The notes beneath the pieces are model-generated. The model made no database searches and had not been told where the DNA came from. It saw only the letters and a list, made by a program, of their open reading frames with translations. Both the position numbers and the translations under genes were made by a program. Below, in pieces: positions 20,858 through 29,867 of a stretch of 64,000 nt of DNA; the stretch's first letter is position 1; every line of letters starts with the position of its first letter. The stretch is from a virus, in the IMG/VR virus record IMGVR_UViG_3300026189_000003, positions 32,001 to 96,000 of that record; one strand, 5' to 3'.

Positions 20858-21421
20858 ATGGCTTCAAAATTTGAAAATTTCACCAGTGAAGATAGGATAG
20901 AAGTATCCTTACTGGATAATGACGTACATTATTTGTACGGAGATATTGCTGAGGAAAATACAGCTCAAGCTATCAAATGGATATTGCACTCCAATCTTAA
21001 AAAGAAGCCAAAAAGAACTCTTACTTTATATATAAATTCATATGGCGGAGACGTTTATCAGATGTTTGCATTGATTGATATTATGAAAAATAGCTATCAT
21101 CATATTAGTACTATCGGTATTGGTAGTATAATGAGTGCGGCTTTACTCATATTAGCCAGTGGTGCAAAAGGTCATAGATATCTTGGAAAGAATACTGGTA
21201 TAATGAATCATCAACATTCAGATGCACTTGAATCAAAAATGCACGATCTAAGAGCTTCAATGAAAGAAAATGTTCATGTTGAGCAAAGATGTTTCCAAAT
21301 TTTAAGAGAAGCCACAGGATTTTCACTAGCTGATGTACGTAAAAAATTCAATAATCCTTCAGATCAGTACTTCACGGCAAAACAATTGGTTGACTTAAAG
21401 GTGGCAGATCATATACTATAG
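20858..21421 (+). CDS. clpP: ClpP-family (peptidase S14) protease
   Basis: 'LYINSYGGDV', 'G..MSAA' (Ser), 'MNHQ' (His), 'DQYFTAKQ..DLKVAD' (Asp). Confidence 0.85.
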   Translation: MASKFENFTSEDRIEVSLLDNDVHYLYGDIAEENTAQAIKWILHSNLKKKPKRTLTLYINSYGGDVYQMFALIDIMKNSYHHISTIGIGSIMSAALLILASGAKGHRYLGKNTGIMNHQHSDALESKMHDLRASMKENVHVEQRCFQILREATGFSLADVRKKFNNPSDQYFTAKQLVDLKVADHIL

Positions 21422-21425
21422 GTAT

Positions 21426-21659
21426 ATGAGCGATCAAATCAAAAACTTTTCCAGCGGGAAAGATTGGTGGTATATGGATAGAAAACAAGCTATCCAACTT
21501 CTAGATGTAGTTACTGAAGCATATAATAAGAAGCTTTCAGAAGAACTATGGTATGATGACCATGATGTAGCTCTAAAAATGTATGAAATCAAAAACGATA
21601 TCATGCGATTTCCTGACATAATATTCCGTAATGCTGGAATTAAAATTGAAAAAGACTGA
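21426..21659 (+). CDS. Hypothetical protein
   Basis: 77-aa ORF behind a TTGACT...TATACT-like promoter (21390-21417). Confidence 0.55.
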   Translation: MSDQIKNFSSGKDWWYMDRKQAIQLLDVVTEAYNKKLSEELWYDDHDVALKMYEIKNDIMRFPDIIFRNAGIKIEKD

Positions 21660-21687
21660 TAGTTGGAAAGAAAAATGCAATTACCGG

Positions 21688-21716
21688 TTGACAAGTAATC
21701 AATTATAATATATTAT
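21688..21716 (+). promoter_or_regulatory. Sigma70-type promoter TTGACA-N17-TATTAT
   Basis: Direct match upstream of the 21768 ORF. Confidence 0.7.
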
Positions 21717-21767
21717 AAGGATGTTATGTTAATAAAGTTAATCAAATATCTCGGAGGTAACAAAGAT

Positions 21768-22082
21768 ATGGCAAGAACAAAACAATACGTAGTATACACT
21801 AGAGAGTTCTCAAAAGGAAGAGTTAACAATAAAGTTGGCGTTTTCATCGAGGACAAAAAAAATGCTACAGATAACAACGGCGATGTAAACGGTGGTGTTA
21901 TCAAATTCAAAAACCTTAAAATGAAAAGATCAACACCAACAACTGATCTAGTTTCAAAAGGTTATGACTTCAACGTAAGAGTAATTGGTACTGGTTCGTA
22001 CGAAACTGCGAAACAAATCAGAAGCTCTGTACTTGAATTATTGTCTGATGCAGGTAAAACTGTTATCAATGCTAACGCATAA
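21768..22082 (+). CDS. Small basic hypothetical protein (MARTKQYVVYTREF...)
   Basis: ATG 21768 with GGAGGT Shine-Dalgarno; own promoter and terminator. Confidence 0.75.
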   Translation: MARTKQYVVYTREFSKGRVNNKVGVFIEDKKNATDNNGDVNGGVIKFKNLKMKRSTPTTDLVSKGYDFNVRVIGTGSYETAKQIRSSVLELLSDAGKTVINANA

Positions 22083-22121
22083 TAATAATAATAAGGTAAG
22101 ACAATAATAGTATAAACTCTT

Positions 22122-22149
22122 AAAAAGGCGCTTCGGCGCCTTTTTTTTT
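22122..22149 (+). terminator. Rho-independent terminator (GGCGC-TTCG-GCGCC + T9)
   Basis: Perfect stem with UUCG loop, flanked by A and T runs. Confidence 0.85.
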
Positions 22150-22255
22150 ACTTATTAACAGATATATTTCTGTTGGTGAAATCGGTTAACAGGAGTGTTA
22201 ACCAAAATCAATGTGTTTAAATATTAAACACACAATTTAGTTAGGAGGTCCAATT

Positions 22256-22489
22256 ATGGATATTATTACTAAAATTAAATCATGGGCGTCAGCTTTAGCA
22301 GATGTCGGTGTATCACTTATAGCACTAGGTATAGTTCTAGAAGTGCTATTTGGAGGACAGGGCATTCCGTTCTGGCCTAACATTTCAGTAATCGGAAATG
22401 TACAATCAATTATCGCAGGTTTCTCAGCACAAGGTTTAGTTGGGTTAGTTGCAGTTTGGGTATTGTATCACATATACAAATCTAAATAA
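22256..22489 (+). CDS. Small membrane protein (two hydrophobic helices)
   Basis: AGGAGG Shine-Dalgarno; two hydrophobic segments; followed by a terminator. Confidence 0.8.
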   Translation: MDIITKIKSWASALADVGVSLIALGIVLEVLFGGQGIPFWPNISVIGNVQSIIAGFSAQGLVGLVAVWVLYHIYKSK

Positions 22490-22498
22490 AGACCTCAT

Positions 22499-22523
22499 AA
22501 AAAGGTCGCTTCGGCGGCCTTTT
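22499..22523 (+). terminator. Rho-independent terminator (GGTCGC-TTCG-GCGGCC + T)
   Basis: Stem with UUCG loop followed by TTTT. Confidence 0.75.
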
Positions 22524-22546
22524 ACTTTCACACAAAAGGAGAAAAT

Positions 22547-22669
22547 ATGAATTTTTTCAAAAATAAATGGACATGGGTTGGCATTGCAGTTGTTTTAGTT
22601 GCCGCATGGCTTATGATCGGCGGAGACATTCCAATGATATCTGGTGGTGAAACACCGGCCGCAGAATAA
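22547..22669 (+). CDS. 40-aa single-pass membrane peptide MNFFKNKWTWVGIAVVLVAAWLMIGGDIPMISGGETPAAE (absent from the ORF track)
   Basis: Manual translation; AAGGAG Shine-Dalgarno; one transmembrane segment; flanked by terminators. Confidence 0.75.
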   Translation: MNFFKNKWTWVGIAVVLVAAWLMIGGDIPMISGGETPAAE

Positions 22670-22690
22670 TAAAAATCTAAAGTTTAAATT

Positions 22691-22716
22691 AAGGCGTCTT
22701 CATGGCGCCTTTTTTT
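22691..22716 (+). terminator. Rho-independent terminator between convergent genes
   Basis: AGGCGTC-TTCAT-GGCGCCT followed by a T run. Confidence 0.75.
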
Positions 22717-24145
22717 ATGACTGGTTTGCTAAACTTTTACTTTCGTGATCAGGATATGGTTCTCTAGTTGGGAACCTAGATAATATCGAACCTCTAGTAG
22801 CTTCTGTAACTCTAGGAGAATTCAATGCCGGACCATTTCTAGTTTCTAAAATATTGGTGTACAATAAATTACCATCGCTATCAACTTGTAAAGATATACC
22901 ACTGACTGCAGAGGCAGTGCCTGCCGCTGGTCCGTTCATGTGTATTACTGTTGCTGTTTCATAGTGTCCTGTACTAGCAGTGATATTTGACGAACCTTTT
23001 GAAGCTGTTAAAAAATGACTTTGTTCACTAAAGATGTTAGTTGATCCTGTAGTACTCATATGTAACCCATGTGTTTCTTTTGTTCCAGCTTGTAAGTTAA
23101 GATCTCCTGCTGATTGTATATGCACTTGTCCATATACATCGCCCAGATCGGTTGTTGATTTAGGTTGTGTTAATATATTGTTTTGTTTGTGTTGAGTATG
23201 ATGAGCTTTAATATTGATGTTTCTACCCGCTTCGATATTCATATCTCTGTCAGCTCTAAAGTTTATATCTTTTTCTGATCTAACTGAAATTGAATCAGCT
23301 CCCCACATTTCAATTTTTCCTGAGTCAGATATTTCTACCCAACCTGTACCTTTACTGTTTACAACGTATATTGTGTTGTTAGTGTCATCTAATAGTATTT
23401 GTGAACCACCAACTGTTCTTAATCTAATGTGTTGCTGACTAGCATCGTCCATTACAAAAGAATGACCACCCGGTGTTAAAATACCAAAAACTTTTGAAGG
23501 AGATTCTCTCCTAGCTGTACTGTCAGATAATCCTCTTATGTTATCATTTTCTAAACCTTGTGTTGTGATACTTTTATATAATGGTTCGTGTTTAGCTCTT
23601 CTTACACCATCAACTGGTTTGCCTGCTTCAGTTTTAAAAATATTTAGGCCATCGCTTACTTCTTGGCTGACTCTATTGTGTTCAGCAACAGGAACTACAG
23701 GGGCGTCTTCACCAAATGTTGCACCTTTGGCTATTCCTGGTATCATATGATTCATTCCTGGTTGAAATAAACAACCTAAACAAACACCATTATTTTGATG
23801 ACCATTTACAAAAGCAACTACAACAATATTACCAACGTCCGGTGGTGTCATCCACATACCATAACTTCTTTGTGTTGACTCGTAAGCATTTTCTCTATCT
23901 GCTTCACCCTTAATTAAAGAACCTTGCGAAGTAGTACCTGCAAAAGGAGAACTCCATAAAACAGTTTTCCATTTACTTGAATCAGTTTTGTCTGCTTGGC
24001 TTCCGTATAAAAAAACTTTTAAACGACCCATTCTAGCCGCATCTGTGGCATCCATCACTTCAGCAATCTGTATGCTATTAAGACCAGTTGCTTTAGTCTG
24101 ATGTTGATTATTAAATGCTCTAGTTGAACTTTCGCCTTTTTGCAT
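22715..24145 (-). CDS. gp5: Baseplate central spike (gp5/VgrG-like), no lysozyme domain evident
   Basis: 'MGRLKV' and 'YGMWMTPPDVGN.VVVAF' OB-fold motifs; 'TPGGHSFVMDD', 'GWVEI..SGKIE' beta-helix. Confidence 0.8.
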   Translation of the reverse strand: MQKGESSTRAFNNQHQTKATGLNSIQIAEVMDATDAARMGRLKVFLYGSQADKTDSSKWKTVLWSSPFAGTTSQGSLIKGEADRENAYESTQRSYGMWMTPPDVGNIVVVAFVNGHQNNGVCLGCLFQPGMNHMIPGIAKGATFGEDAPVVPVAEHNRVSQEVSDGLNIFKTEAGKPVDGVRRAKHEPLYKSITTQGLENDNIRGLSDSTARRESPSKVFGILTPGGHSFVMDDASQQHIRLRTVGGSQILLDDTNNTIYVVNSKGTGWVEISDSGKIEMWGADSISVRSEKDINFRADRDMNIEAGRNINIKAHHTQHKQNNILTQPKSTTDLGDVYGQVHIQSAGDLNLQAGTKETHGLHMSTTGSTNIFSEQSHFLTASKGSSNITASTGHYETATVIHMNGPAAGTASAVSGISLQVDSDGNLLYTNILETRNGPALNSPRVTEATRGSILSRFPTREPYPDHESKSLANQS

Positions 24146-26847
24146 TAGTAAGCTCCTCCATCATTATATGGTAATGATAATTTTTCTTTTAATTCTTTTG
24201 CCACTTTATTTTTCTTTTCTTTTATTTGCCAACTGTTAGGATCTTTTGTTAATGAGTTTGCTTTACCTACAACAGTTTCACCAACACCTGAAGCTTTTAA
24301 ATATTTTTCATAGTTAGTATTCTCTAATACATTTTTATCTCCAATTGGATTGGTTACATCAAAGTTTACATCAGATGCACCTATTTTGTTTGCTATCTCT
24401 GGATTACCGGCAAACTCAACTGTAATTTTTGGTACTGGAAGTTGATCATTTTGTTCACCGCTATTATCAGTATCTATTTTCTCAACTTTATCTTTCATTG
24501 ATTGATTGGTACTAGTCACATTGGCGGCGGCATCTTCTTTTTTATCGTAGCTTGAATATGGCTCCTGTAGTACTAATCCTAAATCAGTAATACTATCTCT
24601 TACCATTGACAGTCTTGTCATGAACTGTCCATTGTCAAATGTGTTATCAACTCTAACTACTCTGTAGATGGCAGTTAAAAATTGATCCGTATTCATTTTT
24701 AATTTTTCTGCTGATGTTTGTATTTCTGATCCTGATGCGGCTTCTTTAAGAGTCTCTGATGGATATCTGCTTGTGAAAAGTATAACATTTTCTCTTTTGA
24801 AATTAACTGCTTCTGTTGAAGAAAAATCAGCTGAGAATTCTGGTTTATCTAGCCAATATGGATCACCAATAATATCTAGCTCTGCACGTATCATTTCATT
24901 ACTACCTGTCTTGGCGTTTGTAATTACTGTATTAAATTCGCTACCTGCACCAACCTCAAACATTCCTTCATTGCTTGGCTGAATGTATCTTTCATAGAAC
25001 TGTGTTGGAAACTTTGTACCATACTTTTTAATACCTTCTTTATAACGAGCATCGCTTATTTTTTCTGCTAGTGTACTTTCCGGATCGCTATGAATATTAA
25101 AACGATCGTTCTTACCAAAACCAGCTACTGAACTTTCTTTTTCAAAGTTAATGTCGTTACTGTCTATAGCTGTTAGTTCTCCTAATGTGCCTTTGGCTGG
25201 GCTTCCTGGTGAAATACTACGATCATATTTTTCTGCATCTTTGTTAAATTGTTCTGCTAACGTATTATATGTTTCCAGCGAGTTTGCATCAGGCTCTACA
25301 CCTAAATCCATGTATGATTGTCTTACTTTTTTAAGAGTGTCATATCTAAGTACTAGTGTATCATAATTGCTACTACCTGCATTGCCTCCGGAGGCATGAG
25401 CCAAGTTAGCGGCATTTTGTGCCTTAATGGCTTTGTTATGATCTATGTTGTCTGAATCTTGTTGTATTGATGAGTTCATTGCAGAACCATATCTGTTGTA
25501 TAATCCTACAACAGTGTCTAACCCAAATACATACTGAAAGTTAAAGTTGATATCAAAGTTTGTTACGTCAATGTTCATTCCAGTATTATAATAGTCATAT
25601 CGTTTTACAATAGTTTTGCTTTGCATCATGTAATCAGTACGTTTTTTAGAATACTCTTCGTTTGGTTCAATCTCGTCTCTGACAGCGGCATTGATAGTAA
25701 CCATATCTTGTAAAGATATTGTCCATACAAATTTTCTTGCATAATCATTTCTTAATGGATCATATTTTATTATTTCATGATGACAAGCTATCATAGGCAA
25801 CATTTTTGTTAATTTAATATCTTCCCATTTGTCAGATGTAAAACTATCAGTAATACTATTAATCGCACCTCTTATCTGTTGTTGTGCATATACATTCCTC
25901 GCACAAAAAGTTTCAAGTACTTCACGTATACTAGTATTCTTTTCAATCTCGATCTTAACTGCACCTTCGTCTGTGCCTTGGTTTTGCAAATTCATTGCAT
26001 TAATATCGTCTTGTATAGGACTTGCTAAAAATTCTTGTGCTTTTGAATCATCTGTCTCCTGGCTATCGCCACCTTTCCATGGCCCTCTAACTTTAAATTC
26101 ATATTGATCTAAAATTAATTTAGTTTGACCTAGATAATGTTTTTCTTGCTCGTTAACTTTTTTCTTAAATGCTTGTAGAAATTCATCAAATGAATTAATT
26201 TGTTCACTGATAGAAAGATCTTGGATTAAATTATGATCATCTGATTTAGCAGTATCACTAGATCTTATTGCTTCTACATCATAGATTGTTGCACCATTAT
26301 CTATTCTATACGTCATTCTATTAATATTAATTGCGTAAACTCTTTTAGTGCCTGGTATCTCTTGTTCAGGTATAGAACCATCTTTGGATCTACCTTTCAA
26401 ATAAACCTGTAAGAAATAAGGATGTGAATAATGATTTTCAATATCTAATATTGATGCCGCCTTGTAAATATTTTGTACAAGATTACTACCCAATGGCTGT
26501 GTTATTGCCATTCTCATTTTAGTTGAAAATGTCAAACTAGACACTTGGTTTGGCGAAGCATAGGCTTCCATATCTAATCTTGTTATCTGTGCAACTGTTC
26601 CTGCTGTCTGTGCCAATATGATCATGTCATCAGTAAAAACACTTTTATTGTTTAAGTCATTAATATTAGCTGTAAGTTTCTCTGTACTTCTTTCTAAAGA
26701 TAACCAATTTTTTGTAACATTGGTTGTAGTCATTGCTAACGTAATGTCATACGTTACGTTTTCGTAATTGTGTAATACGTTAGGATTAGGATTGTCTCCA
26801 TCTTTGAACCAGTTCCAAAAACCTTTATTTGTGTTTGCGTACGCCAT
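24145..26847 (-). CDS. Baseplate hub protein (gp27-like)
   Basis: 'LDIIGDPYWL' and 'YRVVRVDNTF.NGQF' hub-type motifs; adjacent to gp5. Confidence 0.65.
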   Translation of the reverse strand: MAYANTNKGFWNWFKDGDNPNPNVLHNYENVTYDITLAMTTTNVTKNWLSLERSTEKLTANINDLNNKSVFTDDMIILAQTAGTVAQITRLDMEAYASPNQVSSLTFSTKMRMAITQPLGSNLVQNIYKAASILDIENHYSHPYFLQVYLKGRSKDGSIPEQEIPGTKRVYAININRMTYRIDNGATIYDVEAIRSSDTAKSDDHNLIQDLSISEQINSFDEFLQAFKKKVNEQEKHYLGQTKLILDQYEFKVRGPWKGGDSQETDDSKAQEFLASPIQDDINAMNLQNQGTDEGAVKIEIEKNTSIREVLETFCARNVYAQQQIRGAINSITDSFTSDKWEDIKLTKMLPMIACHHEIIKYDPLRNDYARKFVWTISLQDMVTINAAVRDEIEPNEEYSKKRTDYMMQSKTIVKRYDYYNTGMNIDVTNFDINFNFQYVFGLDTVVGLYNRYGSAMNSSIQQDSDNIDHNKAIKAQNAANLAHASGGNAGSSNYDTLVLRYDTLKKVRQSYMDLGVEPDANSLETYNTLAEQFNKDAEKYDRSISPGSPAKGTLGELTAIDSNDINFEKESSVAGFGKNDRFNIHSDPESTLAEKISDARYKEGIKKYGTKFPTQFYERYIQPSNEGMFEVGAGSEFNTVITNAKTGSNEMIRAELDIIGDPYWLDKPEFSADFSSTEAVNFKRENVILFTSRYPSETLKEAASGSEIQTSAEKLKMNTDQFLTAIYRVVRVDNTFDNGQFMTRLSMVRDSITDLGLVLQEPYSSYDKKEDAAANVTSTNQSMKDKVEKIDTDNSGEQNDQLPVPKITVEFAGNPEIANKIGASDVNFDVTNPIGDKNVLENTNYEKYLKASGVGETVVGKANSLTKDPNSWQIKEKKNKVAKELKEKLSLPYNDGGAY

Positions 26848-26861
26848 GTTTAACTTCTTTA

Positions 26862-27149
26862 TTAAGCATTTATAGTTGATAGAGCATCAGCACTAGGAAT
26901 TCTAATTGTAACTCCTGTACGGAAATCTCTAATTGGGTCTTTTATTTCATTCATATTTCTTCTTGCAAAAACCCACCATAGCCTTGTGTTACCATACAAA
27001 CTGTATGCTAACAGATCCGGTCTTCGATCAAATTTTGATTCAATTGTGTAGTACTCATCATTGTCATCCATTGGCATAGATGGCATTTGTAAAATATCTC
27101 TATAATCATCGATGATTTTAGTTTTAAAATAAGGTGAGCTTGACGACAT
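26862..27149 (-). CDS. gp53: Baseplate wedge subunit (gp53-like, LysM-like)
   Basis: 'RPDLLAYSLYG..RLWWVFA.RN' signature. Confidence 0.8.
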   Translation of the reverse strand: MSSSSPYFKTKIIDDYRDILQMPSMPMDDNDEYYTIESKFDRRPDLLAYSLYGNTRLWWVFARRNMNEIKDPIRDFRTGVTIRIPSADALSTINA

Positions 27150-27892
27150 TAAATAAATCCTCCTGAACCATCAGGATTACCTTTTTTAAGATGTTTTCCT
27201 GATCTAAAATCATTCAAATTAAATTTATCTCTAATTTGACTTGGCACTGGTGCATAAACTAGTTCCATCATTATTGCCATTTGTGCTGGAACATAACTTT
27301 GTGATGTTAATGTTTCTAAATCACCATATGATAATGTTTGTTTTGCAGATGATCTTCTTTCTCTTTCACTTGGTGGTAAATTTGTTACGTCAGCGGCTCT
27401 GCCGGTCGCACAAGATACATAATCTACATCTGCATCTAATCCAAAACTAACACTTCGTAATAGCACTGGAACTCTTTCAAACATATAAGATCCATATGCA
27501 CTGAATAATAATGTTGGTGGAGCAATACCTCTCTTGGCTTCGTTTTCACGTCCATAATAACTTAATGATACCACTCTTAAAAAATGTATAACTGCTAGTA
27601 AGTATCTTGCCTCACTTTGATCTTGTGCAGAAAAAGGTGCTACAACACTCATACTAGGAGAAGCTCTTCTGGCAAACGCATAGTAATCAAAGTTTGTTTG
27701 AGGTAAATTGTACTGTGAATATTCAACAGCCGTATGCATTATTTGAATACTTGGTGTGTATGGCATTAACAAACCGTTTGTATCTCTAATCGGTTTTAAG
27801 ATACCTTCTTCGCCTCGTTTACCGTAAATTTCATCTGTAGCATTAGGCTTTGCTTGTAGCCTTGCTCTAAAATCATGTTTAACTTCTGTCAT
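27149..27892 (-). CDS. Baseplate tail-tube initiator (gp48/gp54-like)
   Basis: 'PYTP.I', 'PPTLLFSAYG.YMF..VPV' and 'YVP' motifs; context. Confidence 0.65.
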   Translation of the reverse strand: MTEVKHDFRARLQAKPNATDEIYGKRGEEGILKPIRDTNGLLMPYTPSIQIMHTAVEYSQYNLPQTNFDYYAFARRASPSMSVVAPFSAQDQSEARYLLAVIHFLRVVSLSYYGRENEAKRGIAPPTLLFSAYGSYMFERVPVLLRSVSFGLDADVDYVSCATGRAADVTNLPPSERERRSSAKQTLSYGDLETLTSQSYVPAQMAIMMELVYAPVPSQIRDKFNLNDFRSGKHLKKGNPDGSGGFI

Positions 27893-27946
27893 ATAGATAT
27901 TTATAGAACTAATTAAATACAGTTATAAAAAAAGTAAGGAAATTGG

Positions 27947-27975
27947 TTGACTTCTAACGATTTTAACCTTATAGT
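27947..27975 (+). promoter_or_regulatory. Sigma70-type promoter TTGACT-N17-TATAGT for the late sigma gene
   Basis: Direct match; ATG 7 nt after the -10 box. Confidence 0.7.
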
Positions 27976-27982
27976 AGAACAT

Positions 27983-28822
27983 ATGAAAAGAGTTAATTAT
28001 CTAAACAACAAGGATATTCTAAAAGAAATACACAAAAGTAAGAATTCATTCTGCTCTTATGTAGATGTTGATGCGGACTGTCATTATGATTTAATCATTA
28101 AAGACACCATTGAGAACATGAATAAAACCAAAATGATGGAAGCTAGACGAGCCAGAGCGGCAAGATTAACTGTTCTTAAATGCGACGAATTAGGTGTTAC
28201 TAAGGCTAAATTGGGTTCAGAAGAAATTAAAACACAACACGTAAAAGAACAAGACGTTGTTATTAGAGTATATACGTATGATCATGTTCCAGATGATCCA
28301 GACAGAAAAACCAATCCTAAAACAGTTGCTGATACTAAAGTTAAATTAAACTTTATTCCTTTTAAACATTATCGATTAGATGATGAAGGCAATTGGAAAT
28401 TAGTTGGTAAATCGCATTGGCAAGGCGGCATGGAAAACGGTAGCTTTTCTTTAACACATGGTAAGATAACAAACAAGTTAGCTTTAATGTACATGAAACT
28501 TTGCCAAAGATATGGTAGCAGAGGTAACTGGCGAGGTTACACTTATAATGACGAAATGCAATCACAAGCACTATTACAATTAAGTCAAATTGGACTACAA
28601 TTTGATGAGTCCAAGAGTGCTAACCCATTTGCCTATTACACTGCCGCCATAACCAATTCATTTACCAGAGTATTAAATGTAGAAAAGAAACACCAAAATA
28701 TTAGAGACGATATTTTACAAGAAGCAGGATATAATCCATCTTACACAAGACAAATTGAAGACCAAATGAAACAGGCTCAAGCAGAGCTAGGACCTTCGAT
28801 TGACAATTACAACAAAAAGTAG
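27983..28822 (+). CDS. gp55: Late transcription sigma factor (T4 gp55-like)
   Basis: 'NYLNNKD' N-terminus; 'NWRGYTYNDEM', 'FDESKSANPFAYYT...NSF.R...EKK.Q'. Confidence 0.9.
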   Translation: MKRVNYLNNKDILKEIHKSKNSFCSYVDVDADCHYDLIIKDTIENMNKTKMMEARRARAARLTVLKCDELGVTKAKLGSEEIKTQHVKEQDVVIRVYTYDHVPDDPDRKTNPKTVADTKVKLNFIPFKHYRLDDEGNWKLVGKSHWQGGMENGSFSLTHGKITNKLALMYMKLCQRYGSRGNWRGYTYNDEMQSQALLQLSQIGLQFDESKSANPFAYYTAAITNSFTRVLNVEKKHQNIRDDILQEAGYNPSYTRQIEDQMKQAQAELGPSIDNYNKK

Positions 28823-28828
28823 TATAAT
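28800..28828 (+). promoter_or_regulatory. Consensus sigma70 promoter TTGACA-N17-TATAAT
   Basis: Perfect consensus upstream of gp47. Confidence 0.8.
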
Positions 28829-28862
28829 CTAAAAACAACTTATAAGTTTGAGATTGAAAAAT

Positions 28863-29867
28863 ATGTTTAAAAAAGCGGCCTGTTTTACAGACATTCACTT
28901 TGGATTAAAGAATAATTCTAGGCAACACAATAACGACTGTGAAAACTTCGTTAAATGGTTTATTAAAGAAGCTAAAGAATGGGGTGCAGAAACCTGCATT
29001 TTCCTAGGCGACTGGCATCACCACAGATCATCAATCAACATTAGCACACTTAACTACTCAATCTCAAACTTGAAAAGATTAAGTGAGGCTTTTGAGAAAA
29101 CCTATTTTATTACAGGTAATCATGATTTGTTTTATAGAGATAAACGTGAAATATCATCTGTGGTGTTTGCTGAAGAAATTCCAAATATTGAAGTAGTCAA
29201 TGACATACTTGTAAAAGATGATGTTGCTATTGTGCCATGGCTGATTGGCAATGAATGGAAAAAAATACAAAAAATTAAATGCAAATATATGTTTGGTCAT
29301 TTTGAACTGCCAAACTTTAAAATGAATGCTATGGTAGAAATGCCAGATCATGGTGAGATACAGGCAACACATTTCAGTCATATTGAAAAAGTGTTTACTG
29401 GACATTTTCACAAAAGACAAACCAAAGGTAACATCAGTTACATTGGTAATCCGTTTGCCCATAATTATGCTGACGCATGGGATAACGATCGAGGTTGTAT
29501 GTTCCTTGAGTGGGACAAAGAGCCTCAGTTTAAGATATGGGCAGATGGACCGAAGTATAGAACTATTACACTCAGCAAACTTTTAGAATCACCAGCTGAT
29601 TATTTAGAACCGGAAACACACGTTCGTATAAAAATAGATATGGATGTCACATATGAAGAAGCAAACTTTATTAAAGAAAACTTTCAAAATACATATAGTT
29701 TGAGAGAGATCAGTTTGTTGCCTTACAAAGAAGTAGAAGATGAAATAGAGTTCCAAGGTGAAATTAAATTTCAAAGTGTTGACGAGATTGTTTTAGATCA
29801 GTTGACAAATATTGAATCAGACACATTTGACAACTCAGTATTGATAGAGATTTACAACAGACTATGA
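28863..29867 (+). CDS. gp47: Recombination endonuclease subunit (gp47 / Mre11-SbcD-like)
   Basis: Metallophosphoesterase motifs DIHFG, GDWHH, GNHD, GHFH. Confidence 0.93.
   Translation: MFKKAACFTDIHFGLKNNSRQHNNDCENFVKWFIKEAKEWGAETCIFLGDWHHHRSSINISTLNYSISNLKRLSEAFEKTYFITGNHDLFYRDKREISSVVFAEEIPNIEVVNDILVKDDVAIVPWLIGNEWKKIQKIKCKYMFGHFELPNFKMNAMVEMPDHGEIQATHFSHIEKVFTGHFHKRQTKGNISYIGNPFAHNYADAWDNDRGCMFLEWDKEPQFKIWADGPKYRTITLSKLLESPADYLEPETHVRIKIDMDVTYEEANFIKENFQNTYSLREISLLPYKEVEDEIEFQGEIKFQSVDEIVLDQLTNIESDTFDNSVLIEIYNRL

Noticed and set aside
22079-22094. (TAA)5 microsatellite
   Set aside because: Short run starting at a stop codon in AT-rich DNA; no sign of function beyond tandem stops
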